From: Alphaproteobacteria bacterium
GTDB lineage: Bacteria; Pseudomonadota; Alphaproteobacteria; RF32; CAG-239
DNA length: 64,000 bases
Assembly: GCA_900767645.1 (NCBI GenBank)
Contig: CAAFZY010000021.1
Span: forward strand, 11,137-75,136
Direction of reading: 5' to 3'
In this document: positions 39,274 through 49,922 of the stretch, piece after piece
Numbering within the stretch: the stretch's first letter is position 1
Layout of the letters: every line of letters begins with the position of its first letter
The notes under the pieces: generated by a model
Databases searched by the model: none
What the model saw: the letters and a program-made list of their open reading frames with translations, nothing else
Told to the model about the DNA's origin: nothing
Position numbers and translations under genes: made by a program

Positions 39274-39762
39274 TTAAGCTCTTACGGCGTGAGCAATTTG
39301 ATCAAGCAAAGCGTTTACCATTTTGGGCTCGTTTTTGTTGTAAAAAGCATAAGCTAAATCAACATATTCTTGAATTAAAACTTTAGTATCAACGTCCATT
39401 GTATTGGTTAATTCATAAACAGCGCACAACAGTAAAGCCTGCATGGTGCCGTCCATGCGCTCTAACGACCATTTTTCTTTTAAATAATGTTCAAGCGAAC
39501 GTTCCAAATCTTGTTTTTTGGCATGAACGCCGCGTACCAAACTTTCGAAGTATTCGGTATCAATCGGCGAAATTTCAATCATTTCTTCTGTTTCGGTCAC
39601 GGCATCTTCTTCAATAACATAACGCCCGACTTTGCCTTCCGTGAAGTCTTTAATAACTTCATCAACCGGCAACTGACCGTAAGCAATCATATAGGTTGCC
39701 TGCACGGCTGCCAAACGAGCGCCTGATTTGCGGCGAATTTTTCCCGATACAAATTTAGTCAT
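39274..39762 (-). CDS. nusB: transcription antitermination factor NusB
   Basis: NusB-like helical protein. The start was trimmed to the ATG at 39762, which overlaps the nrdR stop (ATGACTAA). Confidence 0.85.
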   Translation of the reverse strand: MTKFVSGKIRRKSGARLAAVQATYMIAYGQLPVDEVIKDFTEGKVGRYVIEEDAVTETEEMIEISPIDTEYFESLVRGVHAKKQDLERSLEHYLKEKWSLERMDGTMQALLLCAVYELTNTMDVDTKVLIQEYVDLAYAFYNKNEPKMVNALLDQIAHAVRA

Positions 39763-40252
39763 CGTTTTTTCCTTCAATATTATTTTCTAAAACCGGCTTT
39801 GCCAATTTATCAATTGTATCAACAAATTCTTCAAAGTCTTTAATTTCTTTAAAATCTTTATAAACCGACGCAAAGCGAATATACGCAATGTTGTCAAGGC
39901 GGGATAAAGCTTCCATTACCGCCTCGCCGATTGCTTCGGTGCTGATTTCGTTTTCTCCGGAGCTTTCAAAGCGGCGCTGAATTGAATTTACCACTTTATC
40001 AACCCGTTCAGGCGAAATCGGACGCTTGCGAACGGCAAGCTCAATGGAGCGATAAAGCTTCTCACGGTCAAAAAACGTTCTCTCGCCGTTTTTTTTAATA
40101 ACAATCAGCTCCCTCAATTGCACCCGCTCAAAGGTGGTAAAACGCGAACCGCATTCCGGACACTCGCGGCGGCGCCGAATAGAGGTATCGTCATCGGTGT
40201 TGCGCGAATCTTTTACAACCGTGTCATCACACCCGCAAAACGGACATTTCAT
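39755..40252 (-). CDS. nrdR: transcriptional repressor NrdR
   Basis: N-terminal zinc ribbon MKCPFCG...[12 protein letters not shown] plus an ATP-cone. Confidence 0.9.
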   Translation of the reverse strand: MKCPFCGCDDTVVKDSRNTDDDTSIRRRRECPECGSRFTTFERVQLRELIVIKKNGERTFFDREKLYRSIELAVRKRPISPERVDKVVNSIQRRFESSGENEISTEAIGEAVMEALSRLDNIAYIRFASVYKDFKEIKDFEEFVDTIDKLAKPVLENNIEGKNDD

Positions 40253-41583
40253 GCTTTAAGCCCCTTTTCTTTTAACTCATCAGCCACTTGATAAAGCTTT
40301 GACGAATATCTTGCTCCTTTTATAAGGACAATATCTTTATTTTGCAAGAGCTGATTTAATAAAAAATCAGCCAAATTATCTTTATTTTCAAAATAATATT
40401 GCGTTATATGCGGCGGAAGCTCGGCTAACATATCTTTCATTTCAGGGCAAACGCCGACCACAATATCAATATTGCTTCTGGCAAGCTCCCGCCCGATTTC
40501 AATATGTTTTTGCTTAGAACAGGCTCCGAGTTCGGCCATTTTACCCAAAACCGCAATTTTACGACCGTCGGCTTTAAGCCCGTTTAATGACTTTATTGCA
40601 AGTTTCATAGCTTCGGGCTGCCCCGAATAACTGTCGTCAATTAAAGTATAAGTTCCTTTATTGGCGGAAAGGTTTAAGGTATAAGGTTTTCCTCTGCCCT
40701 CCAAAGGTTCAAAAGTCTTGATTTTTTCAGCCGCTTTAGCAACATTTAGCCCTAAAGCCTCAACAGTTTTAAGCACACACCACGCATTATACAGGCAGTG
40801 TTCGCCTGCAGATACATTATCAACCTTTACTTTAGGCTGATGATTTTGTCCGAACTTAACAATTTCGGCGTTATGCGCGGCGGCTTTTTGCTCCAGAATA
40901 TCGGCATAGTTTGTGTCGGCGTTAATAATGGCAATTCCGCCCTTTGGCGGCAAGCCCTCAAAAATTTCCGCCTTAGCCTCGGCAATGCCTTGCAGATTTT
41001 TAAAAAACTCAATATGCATCGGGTACACGTTGGTGATAATGGCAATATCGGGCTTAACAAATGAAGTTAATCGCGATATTTCGCCTTTGGAGCTCATGCC
41101 CATTTCAATAACGGCAAAATCAGCCGTTAAATCCATATTGCACAAACTTTCGGGCACCCCGATAAAATTGTTGTGATTGCCAACGGTGGCATAAACTTTG
41201 CCGAACTCAGTCAAAGCAAATTTAAGCTCTTCTTTGGTGGTGGTTTTGCCGGCGCTGCCGGTTAAGCCGATAACTTTTCCTTTAAATAATGAGCGGTTAT
41301 AAGCGCCTATTTTGCCATAAGCGATTAAGGTGTCCGTCACCACAATTTGCTTTTCAGGCAGAACATCCGGAAGTAAGCGATTTACAATCACAAGCGGGCA
41401 CCCCGCGGCAATAACGTCAGGTACAAAATCATGACCGTCAAATTTTTCGCCGGAGATGGCAATAAACACATCATGCTGTCCGCATTTGCGGCTATCGGTT
41501 GAAACGCCGGTAATAACTGCCGGCGCAACCTTAGAATCAGAGCCGACAATTGCGGCTATTTGCTCAGATGAAAGCGCTTGCAT
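40249..41583 (-). CDS. murF: UDP-N-acetylmuramoyl-tripeptide--D-alanyl-D-alanine ligase
   Basis: Mur ligase P-loop [10 protein letters not shown], with size and layout typical of MurF. Confidence 0.85.
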   Translation of the reverse strand: MQALSSEQIAAIVGSDSKVAPAVITGVSTDSRKCGQHDVFIAISGEKFDGHDFVPDVIAAGCPLVIVNRLLPDVLPEKQIVVTDTLIAYGKIGAYNRSLFKGKVIGLTGSAGKTTTKEELKFALTEFGKVYATVGNHNNFIGVPESLCNMDLTADFAVIEMGMSSKGEISRLTSFVKPDIAIITNVYPMHIEFFKNLQGIAEAKAEIFEGLPPKGGIAIINADTNYADILEQKAAAHNAEIVKFGQNHQPKVKVDNVSAGEHCLYNAWCVLKTVEALGLNVAKAAEKIKTFEPLEGRGKPYTLNLSANKGTYTLIDDSYSGQPEAMKLAIKSLNGLKADGRKIAVLGKMAELGACSKQKHIEIGRELARSNIDIVVGVCPEMKDMLAELPPHITQYYFENKDNLADFLLNQLLQNKDIVLIKGARYSSKLYQVADELKEKGLKA

Positions 41584-41584
41584 T

Positions 41585-43078
41585 TTATTTATCTTTCTGC
41601 AAATCTTTCAAATCAGGACTGGTTTTAACATAGTTATTGACCATAATTTCGGCTTTTTTAGGCATAACCACGCACCCCGGACCACCGACGCAACCGCCCT
41701 CGCAACACATAACTTCAATCAAGTTAAATTCGCCGGCGCTTTTTTTAGCGGCATACATTTTAAGCTTTTTGAAGGCGTCTTTGTTTAAGCCGTTAATCGG
41801 TTCGGGTTTGCAAACAGCGCTATCACCGACAATATGAGCAACCGCGCCGGCAACCCCGCCGCTGACCGGAAAGATACGACCTTGCGCCGATGAAACTTTG
41901 GCAAAAGCAGAATTTTCACATGTTGCAACATTAATGCCCGCAGCGGCTAACATAGCGGCAATTTCATCAAACACCAAAACATAATCAACGTCTTTATCTC
42001 CCTCTGCTTCAATACGCTTAGCCAAGCACGGACCGACAAATACGCTGACACATTCCGGATTTTGTTTTTTAACCAACTCGGCAATGTAATACATCGGGGG
42101 TTTGGTGCTTGAAACATACGGTGCAATTTCAGGAATGTGGGTTTGAGTCGCTTTATACCATGCCGGACAGCAGGAAGTTGTCATAAACGGGTGGCCTTCT
42201 TCCATACGCTCAATAAATTCTTTAGCCTCGTTTAAGGTGGTAACGTCAGCGCCTTCGGCAACCTCAACCACATCGGCAAAACCAAGCTGTTTTAAGGCTG
42301 TGATAATTTTGGCGGCGTCTGTGCCGAACTGACCGATAACCGCCGGAGCCAACATGGCAACCACCGGTTTTTGCGCGCGTTTAATTTGGTTTAACACGTC
42401 GGTTATTTGCGAATTGTACACAATGGCGCCGAACGGACAAGATTTGATGCACTTTCCGCATGAAATACATTTGTTGTAATCAATGTGTTCAAAGCCGTTT
42501 TCATCTTTGGTGATTGCTCCGACCGGACAAGCGTCTTCACACGGAACCGGAGCTTTATTAATGGCACCGTACGGGCACACGTTGGCGCACATGCCGCATT
42601 TAATGCAATTTTCTTGATTGATAAAAGCTTTATCTTCAACTGTGATAGTCTTCTTAGGGCAATTAACCTCACACGGACGTGCAATGCATCCGCGGCACAT
42701 ATCGGTAACCGTAAATTGAGTTTTCATACAAGCGGCACAGGCTGACGGCAAAACCGAAACAGTTGCTGTCGGCGCAGCATTGCGGGCTAAAGCTTCTTTG
42801 GCAAATTCTGCCAACGGGCGGGATAAATCTTCTTTTTCAGGGGTAAAACCTAAAACAGCCACAATGTGTTCTTTAATAACCTGACGGTCTTTGGCAAGCG
42901 AACCGCGCAACGGGCGCGCATTATCGGGAACTAAAATTTGCGGCAGATTATCAATATCGGCAAAATTATTTTTAACAAAGCTTTCTGCAACTTTTACCAA
43001 AAGTTCGGCATGCATGGTTGCAACATTATTTTTTGCTGTAAGCATTAAAGTGGTTACCTTTCCGTTAGTAAGAATCAA
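41585..43078 (-). CDS. hydA: monomeric [FeFe] hydrogenase (group B-like) with N-terminal ferredoxin-type clusters
   Basis: H-cluster motifs L1 TSCCP, L2 GPCLAK and L3 EVMCCEGGCVGGPG, plus two CxxCxxCxxxCP ferredoxin motifs. Confidence 0.85.
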   Translation of the reverse strand: MILTNGKVTTLMLTAKNNVATMHAELLVKVAESFVKNNFADIDNLPQILVPDNARPLRGSLAKDRQVIKEHIVAVLGFTPEKEDLSRPLAEFAKEALARNAAPTATVSVLPSACAACMKTQFTVTDMCRGCIARPCEVNCPKKTITVEDKAFINQENCIKCGMCANVCPYGAINKAPVPCEDACPVGAITKDENGFEHIDYNKCISCGKCIKSCPFGAIVYNSQITDVLNQIKRAQKPVVAMLAPAVIGQFGTDAAKIITALKQLGFADVVEVAEGADVTTLNEAKEFIERMEEGHPFMTTSCCPAWYKATQTHIPEIAPYVSSTKPPMYYIAELVKKQNPECVSVFVGPCLAKRIEAEGDKDVDYVLVFDEIAAMLAAAGINVATCENSAFAKVSSAQGRIFPVSGGVAGAVAHIVGDSAVCKPEPINGLNKDAFKKLKMYAAKKSAGEFNLIEVMCCEGGCVGGPGCVVMPKKAEIMVNNYVKTSPDLKDLQKDK

Positions 43079-43131
43079 AATTTTTTACACTATAACGGCT
43101 TATGTTAAAAATTGCAAGACCGATTTATGTT

Positions 43132-43169
43132 AAAAAAAAGAAAACGGCGCCCCAAAAAGGACACCGTTT
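43132..43169 (-). terminator. rho-independent terminator of the 994-aa lipoprotein gene
   Basis: On the minus strand: aaacggtg ... cgccgttt stem followed by a T-run. Confidence 0.55.
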
Positions 43170-43306
43170 GTTTTTTGTTTTACGCCGATAACATTCCGTT
43201 ATCGGGTGATCTTATTTTTTCTTCCATAACATTGGTTTTAAAAAATTTAACAAAAAATATCAAACCTCAACACTAAAACAAAAAGCATTGAGTAAAAAAT
43301 ACAGCA

Positions 43307-46291
43307 CTAGCGCAACCTCATGACAACCTTGCCGTTGTGGGAAATGGTCAAAGTTCCATTTGAAACAGAGAAGTTATATCCTTCAACAACTGTTGACAGG
43401 TTACCATTTCTCCAATTCCAAATTGTCAAAGATGTATTTCTAACGTTACGTACGCAGGTATTATCCTTATAGTACGCAATGCGGTCAGATAAATCTTTGG
43501 CAATTGCCGGCGCCCACTTACCGATAGCATAACTGCCACGGTTTGCAGACGTTGTATAATAGCCGGAATTGTACTCTGAGCCAAAGTTTCCTTTGACAAA
43601 GTAGCCGCTGAGTATCTGCTCCTTGGTAGGGACAGTTTGCGACATCGGAGTTATAACCGCAACAGCGCCTTTTTCGGTGCGAAGGGTAAAGCACAATTGT
43701 GCATAATGTCCTCCTACCTGATCAGCAGGCACTGCTGAAACTCCCATACCGATGATTTTGCCCCACTCTTCAGGAATGAACGGCTCAATCGGCTTTTCAA
43801 TCGCAATCTTAGCAGCTGCGGAAGCAGAAGCCTGATAGTTATCGCCGGTGATTACATAGTTGGTGTTTACCTTGTTCTGATAATCATATACCAGATAGAC
43901 AACACCGTTCTGTGTAGTCTCCGTTGCTTGCTGAGATACGCTTGAGCCTGCCTCGCTGATGTTCCAATTAGCAAAGTCGAACGTAACGGTATAATAGCCG
44001 TCAGCGTCAACATAAACTGCTTTCTGGAAGTCATACGAGTAGACGTTCTTGAATGGATTAACGCCGTTTGTTGCGGTAGATGAATACTGCATATAACGTG
44101 TTGTTACCGTCCAATTTCCGTCTGTGCTTTGGTTCTCGCGGATTGTGCTGCTGCCGTTGCCGTTGGTATTATAGCTGTTGTTTACAGTATAAATCCATTG
44201 CAGAGCCGGCTCACTGAAGTGACGGGAAAGGTTTTTAGTGATAGTACGTGACTTTTCACCTGAAACCGACCATGTCTCAACTTCCGTAAAGGAAAGTCTT
44301 TCAGTGTTGGCATCAATAATCTCGCGCTTGACATCTCTGTAGGTCTTGCCGATAAGCTTATCTTCCTGCGCTTTTACTGTCAAAGCCCTTTCGTAAGGAA
44401 CAGCCACACGGTAGGTGGTGATATCCTCATTGGCGGCTTTGGTTCTGGCCGTTTTAGGTTCATTCTTTGCAACCTCCACATCAAAGTAGAGAGTTACGGT
44501 GTTGACCTTCAACGTCTCAGAAGATGCTTCCTCGTTCGGGGTCACTTCTGCGGTTGCATAAGTGATTTTCCTGATTGAGGAGTATACGAAATTGGTATCG
44601 CCATACGCGAGCAATTCGTATACAGTGGCAGCTGAAACCTTCTCATCGGCATTAAACTTATAATTATAGTTCAATGACCTTGTGGTCTTTGCGAATCTGC
44701 CGTTGGTGGTAACATTAATCTTGTCGCCGTCATGTGACGAATTGGCAAGTTTAACGTTATTTAAGGCAGCTTCGTTATCCACATAGACACGATTAGGAAC
44801 AGTAAAGGCAGCGCCTAAATCAAGCGGCTGCACAAAATGTTTGCGACTGACTACATCCTGGTTATTTTTGTAAATAACTTCGTAGCCGGTAACATTTTGT
44901 TTTACCGTTTCAAGCAAAGCAGTTTTCGTTTGAAATTCTGCCTCGTAATTCGTATCTTCGAGTTTGGTCTCATACTCCTCCGGCGGGGTCGGGGTGTTGT
45001 GCTTGAAAATGCGAACATACGGAACACGAATGGTGTAATCCGCAATTTTAGCGCCGTTTTCACGTTCTACTGTTGCAACAAAGAACAGATTGACGTTATA
45101 AACTGTGCTGTCCGCATTCGACAATGCAGTGTTTTTGACTGATTTTCCGTTAGAGAAAATTATATTGCTGATAACAGCATGCTGCAAAGTGGTATCGCCA
45201 TACGTGAGTGCCTCATAAGCCGCATTGATATAAACTTTCTCTCCTTCATTAAAGTTGAACTGATAGTTCTGCTCAAATGAAGATTTAACAAACCTGCCAT
45301 TAACCGCTTTGGTTTCGCTCAAATTGTCTTTTGACTGTGAAGTCATCGCAACCTGAGTTAAAGCACTTTCACTGGCGACATACACCTTTTTAGGAAGCAC
45401 AGCCGCATCAGCGACAAGGTCCAGACTTTCAGCGAAAGATTTCTTGCCGAGAACCGTGGCATTGTTGTATGAAACAACGTTGCCGGCAACCTTTTGCTTA
45501 ACCGTAAACAGCCTGCACACGGTGGTGTCAAACTGATAGTTATAGCTAAGGTCTTCAATTCTTGTAAAGAAATTATCAGGCAACTTACCGTTCTTGTATA
45601 TCCTTTGGATTGGAACGCGGACAAGCATGTCGCGCCTTGATCCGTCCACGTTAAGCTCCGCTACAAAGAAGAGATTAACGTCAAACACGGTTGAATCCGC
45701 ATTTGAAAGAAGATTGTTTTGAACGGCCGTGAACTTGTTATAGCTCACGGTATGAACTGTTGTCGCTGCTAGAGCTGAATCCTTCGCCGCAACTTTCAGT
45801 ACCTGCCATGAAGCATCGGCACTCACGACTTCATTTGCGTTAAACGCAAAATCATAGCTCTGCTTAAAGGTGGCAAGCTTGAAAGGATTTTTAGCAACCT
45901 CAGATGAAGTTACATTTCCTTTATTTAAGCTCACCTGCCCTACCTCAGACAGAAGTTCTTTTTCAGCAACATACACCTTTGCAGGCTTACTGCTGAAAAC
46001 AACATTGAGATCAAGATCCTGATCAAATCTCTGACGAGAAACTTCAGAACCTTCTTTTGACACGATTTCTCCGCGCACATTCTGCTCAACGGTGAACAGT
46101 TTATTTGCGGTCGTATCAAAACGAGCCACCAACGAGATATTGTCATATCCCGTCTGAGATTTTGTTCTCACCTCGGACTCAAGCCCTAAATAGGTGGTCC
46201 TTTCCATCTCGTCACAGCCTATAAGGGCAAACGAGAAAACGGCGATTGCCATTAATTTGGCCCATACCGTAATTTTTGCTTTCTTTGCCAT
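43307..46291 (-). CDS. large repeat-containing lipoprotein, unknown function (994 aa)
   Basis: Signal peptide with lipobox LIGC|D, three ~197-aa tandem repeats and a distinct ~350-aa C-terminal domain. Monocistronic, with a 257-nt AT-rich upstream region. Confidence 0.7.
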   Translation of the reverse strand: MAKKAKITVWAKLMAIAVFSFALIGCDEMERTTYLGLESEVRTKSQTGYDNISLVARFDTTANKLFTVEQNVRGEIVSKEGSEVSRQRFDQDLDLNVVFSSKPAKVYVAEKELLSEVGQVSLNKGNVTSSEVAKNPFKLATFKQSYDFAFNANEVVSADASWQVLKVAAKDSALAATTVHTVSYNKFTAVQNNLLSNADSTVFDVNLFFVAELNVDGSRRDMLVRVPIQRIYKNGKLPDNFFTRIEDLSYNYQFDTTVCRLFTVKQKVAGNVVSYNNATVLGKKSFAESLDLVADAAVLPKKVYVASESALTQVAMTSQSKDNLSETKAVNGRFVKSSFEQNYQFNFNEGEKVYINAAYEALTYGDTTLQHAVISNIIFSNGKSVKNTALSNADSTVYNVNLFFVATVERENGAKIADYTIRVPYVRIFKHNTPTPPEEYETKLEDTNYEAEFQTKTALLETVKQNVTGYEVIYKNNQDVVSRKHFVQPLDLGAAFTVPNRVYVDNEAALNNVKLANSSHDGDKINVTTNGRFAKTTRSLNYNYKFNADEKVSAATVYELLAYGDTNFVYSSIRKITYATAEVTPNEEASSETLKVNTVTLYFDVEVAKNEPKTARTKAANEDITTYRVAVPYERALTVKAQEDKLIGKTYRDVKREIIDANTERLSFTEVETWSVSGEKSRTITKNLSRHFSEPALQWIYTVNNSYNTNGNGSSTIRENQSTDGNWTVTTRYMQYSSTATNGVNPFKNVYSYDFQKAVYVDADGYYTVTFDFANWNISEAGSSVSQQATETTQNGVVYLVYDYQNKVNTNYVITGDNYQASASAAAKIAIEKPIEPFIPEEWGKIIGMGVSAVPADQVGGHYAQLCFTLRTEKGAVAVITPMSQTVPTKEQILSGYFVKGNFGSEYNSGYYTTSANRGSYAIGKWAPAIAKDLSDRIAYYKDNTCVRNVRNTSLTIWNWRNGNLSTVVEGYNFSVSNGTLTISHNGKVVMRLR
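44381..46159 (-). repeat. three tandem ~196-198-aa protein repeats within the lipoprotein gene
   Basis: Anchors recur at aa 58, 254 and 452 (FDT/FDT/FQT followed by LFTVxQxV). Each unit also has SNADSTV(F/Y)xVNLFFVA and RVP(I/Y)xRI. Confidence 0.7.
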
Positions 46292-46548
46292 AAATTTTAT
46301 GTTAATTAGTTAATATTTATTGCTAACAAATTTTACGCATACCAAATGTTATGAAAAATCTTTTCAATTTTTCAATAATTTAACATAAGAGTAGACATAA
46401 TTTGTATTTTATAGAAGGGATTTTAGCATATAACTTACTAAAAAACAAGCACAAAATTAAATTTGCCAAAAAAATTAAACTGCAAAAATACCTGCCGCAA
46501 CACAGCAAGCAGGCATTTTTGTTTTAGCTATTGTAAAAGCTTTATAAA

Positions 46549-47523
46549 TTAAGCCTCAATGAAAATACGCCCGTTTTCAATAACGGCTTTACCGCCGAGC
46601 GGAATGGTTGCAATCGGGGTGGTATGCCCCATATCGGTATTGGCAATAACCGGCATATTTTTAAGTTCCGGCTTAGAATTAATGATAAATTCCAGAGTCT
46701 CGCGGCTCATGCCGGAAGCTTTTTGGAACCTACCGATAACCAGGCCTTTAACGTTTGCAAAGTCAGGCTGATTAATCAGCGCTTGCAGGTTGCGCTCAAA
46801 ATGAACCGGCTTTGATTCATCATCGTCTTCAATAAACAAAATGGTGTTTTTCACAAACTGCGGACGATATTCAGTGCCTAAATTAAGATTAAAGGTGCAT
46901 AAATTGCCGCCGATTATCGTGCCCTCGGCGTTGCCGGAGTGAATATGCCACCAGCCGGCATTTTTGATAAATTCGCGCTGCTCCTGATTTAAAAACCACG
47001 AATCGTCGCTCCATTCTTCAGAAGCCTTTAATTCGCATTTTCCACGATTAAACAATACATTATGAGCGTTTGTTAAAGTATATTCGCAGCCTTTTAACAT
47101 ACCCAAAGAACTGTAATGCGGGCCGTAATATGTAACCATACCGGTTTTAGCATATATAGCGGCATGCAATGCGGTAATATCCGAAAAGCCGATAAATACT
47201 TTCGGATTTTGTTTAATAACTTCAAAGTCTAAATGCTTCAAAAGCTGATTGGAGTTAAACCCGCCGATAACCGTAAACACGCCATTAACCGATTTATCGG
47301 CAAATGCGGTCATTAAATCGGCGGCGCGTTTTTCAATACCGGCGGAGCCTAACATATCAAAATTTTCATCTGTGGTGTTAGGGGCAAAAACCACCTCAAG
47401 CCCCCACTTCGCCAAACGTTGTTCGGCAATTTTGCGGCAGTCGGCTCCTATCAGTTTTAAGCCGCGCGACGGCGCCACAATCATAATTTTGTCGCCTTTA
47501 TGTAATTTGGGTGCGTTTAACAT
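46549..47523 (-). CDS. LD-carboxypeptidase (peptidase S66; LdcA/MccF family)
   Basis: The nucleophile motif GFSDITAL, and typical size. Confidence 0.8.
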   Translation of the reverse strand: MLNAPKLHKGDKIMIVAPSRGLKLIGADCRKIAEQRLAKWGLEVVFAPNTTDENFDMLGSAGIEKRAADLMTAFADKSVNGVFTVIGGFNSNQLLKHLDFEVIKQNPKVFIGFSDITALHAAIYAKTGMVTYYGPHYSSLGMLKGCEYTLTNAHNVLFNRGKCELKASEEWSDDSWFLNQEQREFIKNAGWWHIHSGNAEGTIIGGNLCTFNLNLGTEYRPQFVKNTILFIEDDDESKPVHFERNLQALINQPDFANVKGLVIGRFQKASGMSRETLEFIINSKPELKNMPVIANTDMGHTTPIATIPLGGKAVIENGRIFIEA

Positions 47524-47524
47524 T

Positions 47525-49186
47525 TTAATTCTCCTTAGTTTCTTGATAAATATGGAAAAAAGTAACCGGTTTAATATCGGTTGCCTGTTGAACTTTTTTA
47601 CGAATCCGTCCTTTGATAAAATCTTTAACCGCCGGAGTTAAACCGCCGCATTCATGGAGTTTTTCTTCAATTTGCGGGATAACCGCCTGTTTAATTTCAG
47701 CGGCAAGCGGTTCCCAATCTTTAGCCTCTAAAATATCAATTGAAGAAATTTGCAAATCAGCCACGCGGTTATCGGCAGTGATTACCGCGCTGATAAATAA
47801 ACTGCAGTTATAGGCAATTTTTTTGCGGTTTTTAACAACGTAAGAAGTTAAAGACACGCAACGTCCGCGATCAACGCCCATAACCGCGGATTCAACTTCT
47901 TCGGTTTTGGTAATATTGCCGCCGTTTACTAAAAACATATCGCCGTTTTGCCCAGAGCAAACTTCGGGAACGCCGCAACTTAACGCAAAGCGTTTATGCT
48001 CGCGGATAAAGCGTTTGTCGCCATGCACCGGAAAAACAATTTGCGGGCGCAAAATTTGATACATTTTTTGAAGCTCTTCTTTTGACGGGTGTCCGGAAGT
48101 GTGCACGAGCTCAGTTTCTTCGGTGATAACCGTAACGCCCAAATCAATCATTTTTTCTTGCATATGCTCAATTTTTTCTTCGTTTCCGGGAATGATTTTG
48201 GAAGAAAAAATAATAGTGTCATTTTTGCCAAGTTTGACATATTTGCTCTCACCGTTGGCGATAACGCTTAATGCGCTACGGTAATTGGCTTGCGAACCGG
48301 TGCAGATGTATAAGGCTTTATCTTCGGTAATGCCTTGCACTTCTTCGGGCGTGTAAACTTTGGGTAAATCAGTGAAATAGCCGCATTCTTTGGCGATTTT
48401 CATATTGGTAATTAAGCTTTTGCCCATTAAAACCGGAGTTCTGTCGGCCTTTTCCGCCGCTAAAACCAAACTTTCAAGCCGCATTAGGTTAGAGGCAAAG
48501 CAGGTGACAATTAAGCCGCCTTCAATTTGCGGAATACGCTCAAGCAAGCTTTGACGAATAACCGCCTCGCTCGGTTGAATTTTTTCAAGCATAACATTGG
48601 TAGAGTCGCACACAAACATATTTATGCCCTCATCGCCGGCGGATTTCAGTTCTGCCATGCCGGTCGGGAGCATATCAAGCCTGCCGTCATCAAAGCGCCA
48701 ATCGGTGGCATGAAAAATATTGCCGTATTCGGTTTTAATCAGCAAACCGCAAGTTTCCGGCACGGAATGCACCAACGGAATATATTTTACCGTAAACTCG
48801 TCAAGTTCTATTGTATCACCGGCGCGCACGGGGTTTAACGGCACGATTTTTTCCATTTTATATTCTTTTAAGCGCTCTTTTATCAGTCCCAACGCAAAAG
48901 GAGTGCCATACACCTGACATTGCAAAGACGGCCAAATATGAGCGATGGCGCCCATGTGGTCTTCATGTCCGTGAGTGATAAAAATGCCTTTTACATCAGT
49001 TTTAAATTCTTCAAGAAATTCCGGCGATGCATAGCACATATCCATTCCGGGATAATCATCATTTAAAAAACCGTAACCGGCATCAACCACTATCCATTTG
49101 CCGTTGACGCCGTAAGCGTACATATTCATACCGATTTCATCGGCACCGCCCAGCGGCAAAAAATAGATTCCTTCTTTTTTATTCAT
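47525..49186 (-). CDS. rnj: ribonuclease J
   Basis: MBL HGHEDHMGA motif plus beta-CASP and C-terminal domains. The start was trimmed to MNKKEG..., which overlaps the birA stop (ATGAATAA). Confidence 0.9.
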   Translation of the reverse strand: MNKKEGIYFLPLGGADEIGMNMYAYGVNGKWIVVDAGYGFLNDDYPGMDMCYASPEFLEEFKTDVKGIFITHGHEDHMGAIAHIWPSLQCQVYGTPFALGLIKERLKEYKMEKIVPLNPVRAGDTIELDEFTVKYIPLVHSVPETCGLLIKTEYGNIFHATDWRFDDGRLDMLPTGMAELKSAGDEGINMFVCDSTNVMLEKIQPSEAVIRQSLLERIPQIEGGLIVTCFASNLMRLESLVLAAEKADRTPVLMGKSLITNMKIAKECGYFTDLPKVYTPEEVQGITEDKALYICTGSQANYRSALSVIANGESKYVKLGKNDTIIFSSKIIPGNEEKIEHMQEKMIDLGVTVITEETELVHTSGHPSKEELQKMYQILRPQIVFPVHGDKRFIREHKRFALSCGVPEVCSGQNGDMFLVNGGNITKTEEVESAVMGVDRGRCVSLTSYVVKNRKKIAYNCSLFISAVITADNRVADLQISSIDILEAKDWEPLAAEIKQAVIPQIEEKLHECGGLTPAVKDFIKGRIRKKVQQATDIKPVTFFHIYQETKEN

Positions 49187-49922
49187 CTTTTTCCTCTTTT
49201 GGTGCGACAAACATATCTCCGGCAATAACGGTTTCAATCATTTGTCCGTTTTTTAACAACAGGCAACCGTTATCATCAATACCGGCAAAAATGCCGCTTT
49301 TATTATTGTTTTCTTGTTGTATCACTATCGGTTTGTTAAGATTATAGGCATTGTTTACCCATATTTGTTTTAACAGGGTAAACCCTTCTTGACGATAAAT
49401 GTACAACAGAGTGTTCCAATTCGCAATAAATTTTTTCAGCACGGCGATTCGGTCGGTTTTTGCGCCCAATGCGTTAAGCCCCGCCGTGGCATAACCCGAT
49501 ACGCCCAAATCAGGGTGCGAAACAACATTAATTCCCACTCCCATAATCCAAAAATCGTAAGGGCCTCGCTCAAACAAAATGCCTGAAATTTTACCACCAC
49601 CGACCAAAACGTCATTCGGCCACTTCAATTTTATATCAACACTCGGACAAAAGTGTTTAACCGTTTGCATCACCGCAATGCCGCTGATGATTACGAGTCT
49701 GCTTAAATCTTGAGCTTTTGCCTGAAACGCCATTGACATAAACAAATTGCCGTTTTCGCTAATCCATGTATGACCGCGACGGCCTCTGCCCTTGGTTTGC
49801 TGTTTTGCTGTTACTACGCACGGAGCTTTAATTTTATTGCAAAGATTGTAAACTTCGCTATTGGTGCTTTCGCAAATTTCTTCATCTTTCCATATTATAC
49901 CTATATCGTTGATATTGTTCAT
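49179..49922 (-). CDS. birA: biotin--[acetyl-CoA-carboxylase] ligase (no HTH domain)
   Basis: GRGRRGHTW motif. At 247 aa it has no N-terminal repressor domain. Confidence 0.85.
   Translation of the reverse strand: MNNINDIGIIWKDEEICESTNSEVYNLCNKIKAPCVVTAKQQTKGRGRRGHTWISENGNLFMSMAFQAKAQDLSRLVIISGIAVMQTVKHFCPSVDIKLKWPNDVLVGGGKISGILFERGPYDFWIMGVGINVVSHPDLGVSGYATAGLNALGAKTDRIAVLKKFIANWNTLLYIYRQEGFTLLKQIWVNNAYNLNKPIVIQQENNNKSGIFAGIDDNGCLLLKNGQMIETVIAGDMFVAPKEEKDE

Noticed and set aside
46549-47523. The LdcA/MccF-family peptidase acting as microcin C immunity linked to the YejEF importer.
   Set aside because: The genes are more than 25 kb apart and in different operons. The S66 peptidase follows RNase J at the end of a housekeeping string, so ordinary murein recycling is the simpler reading.
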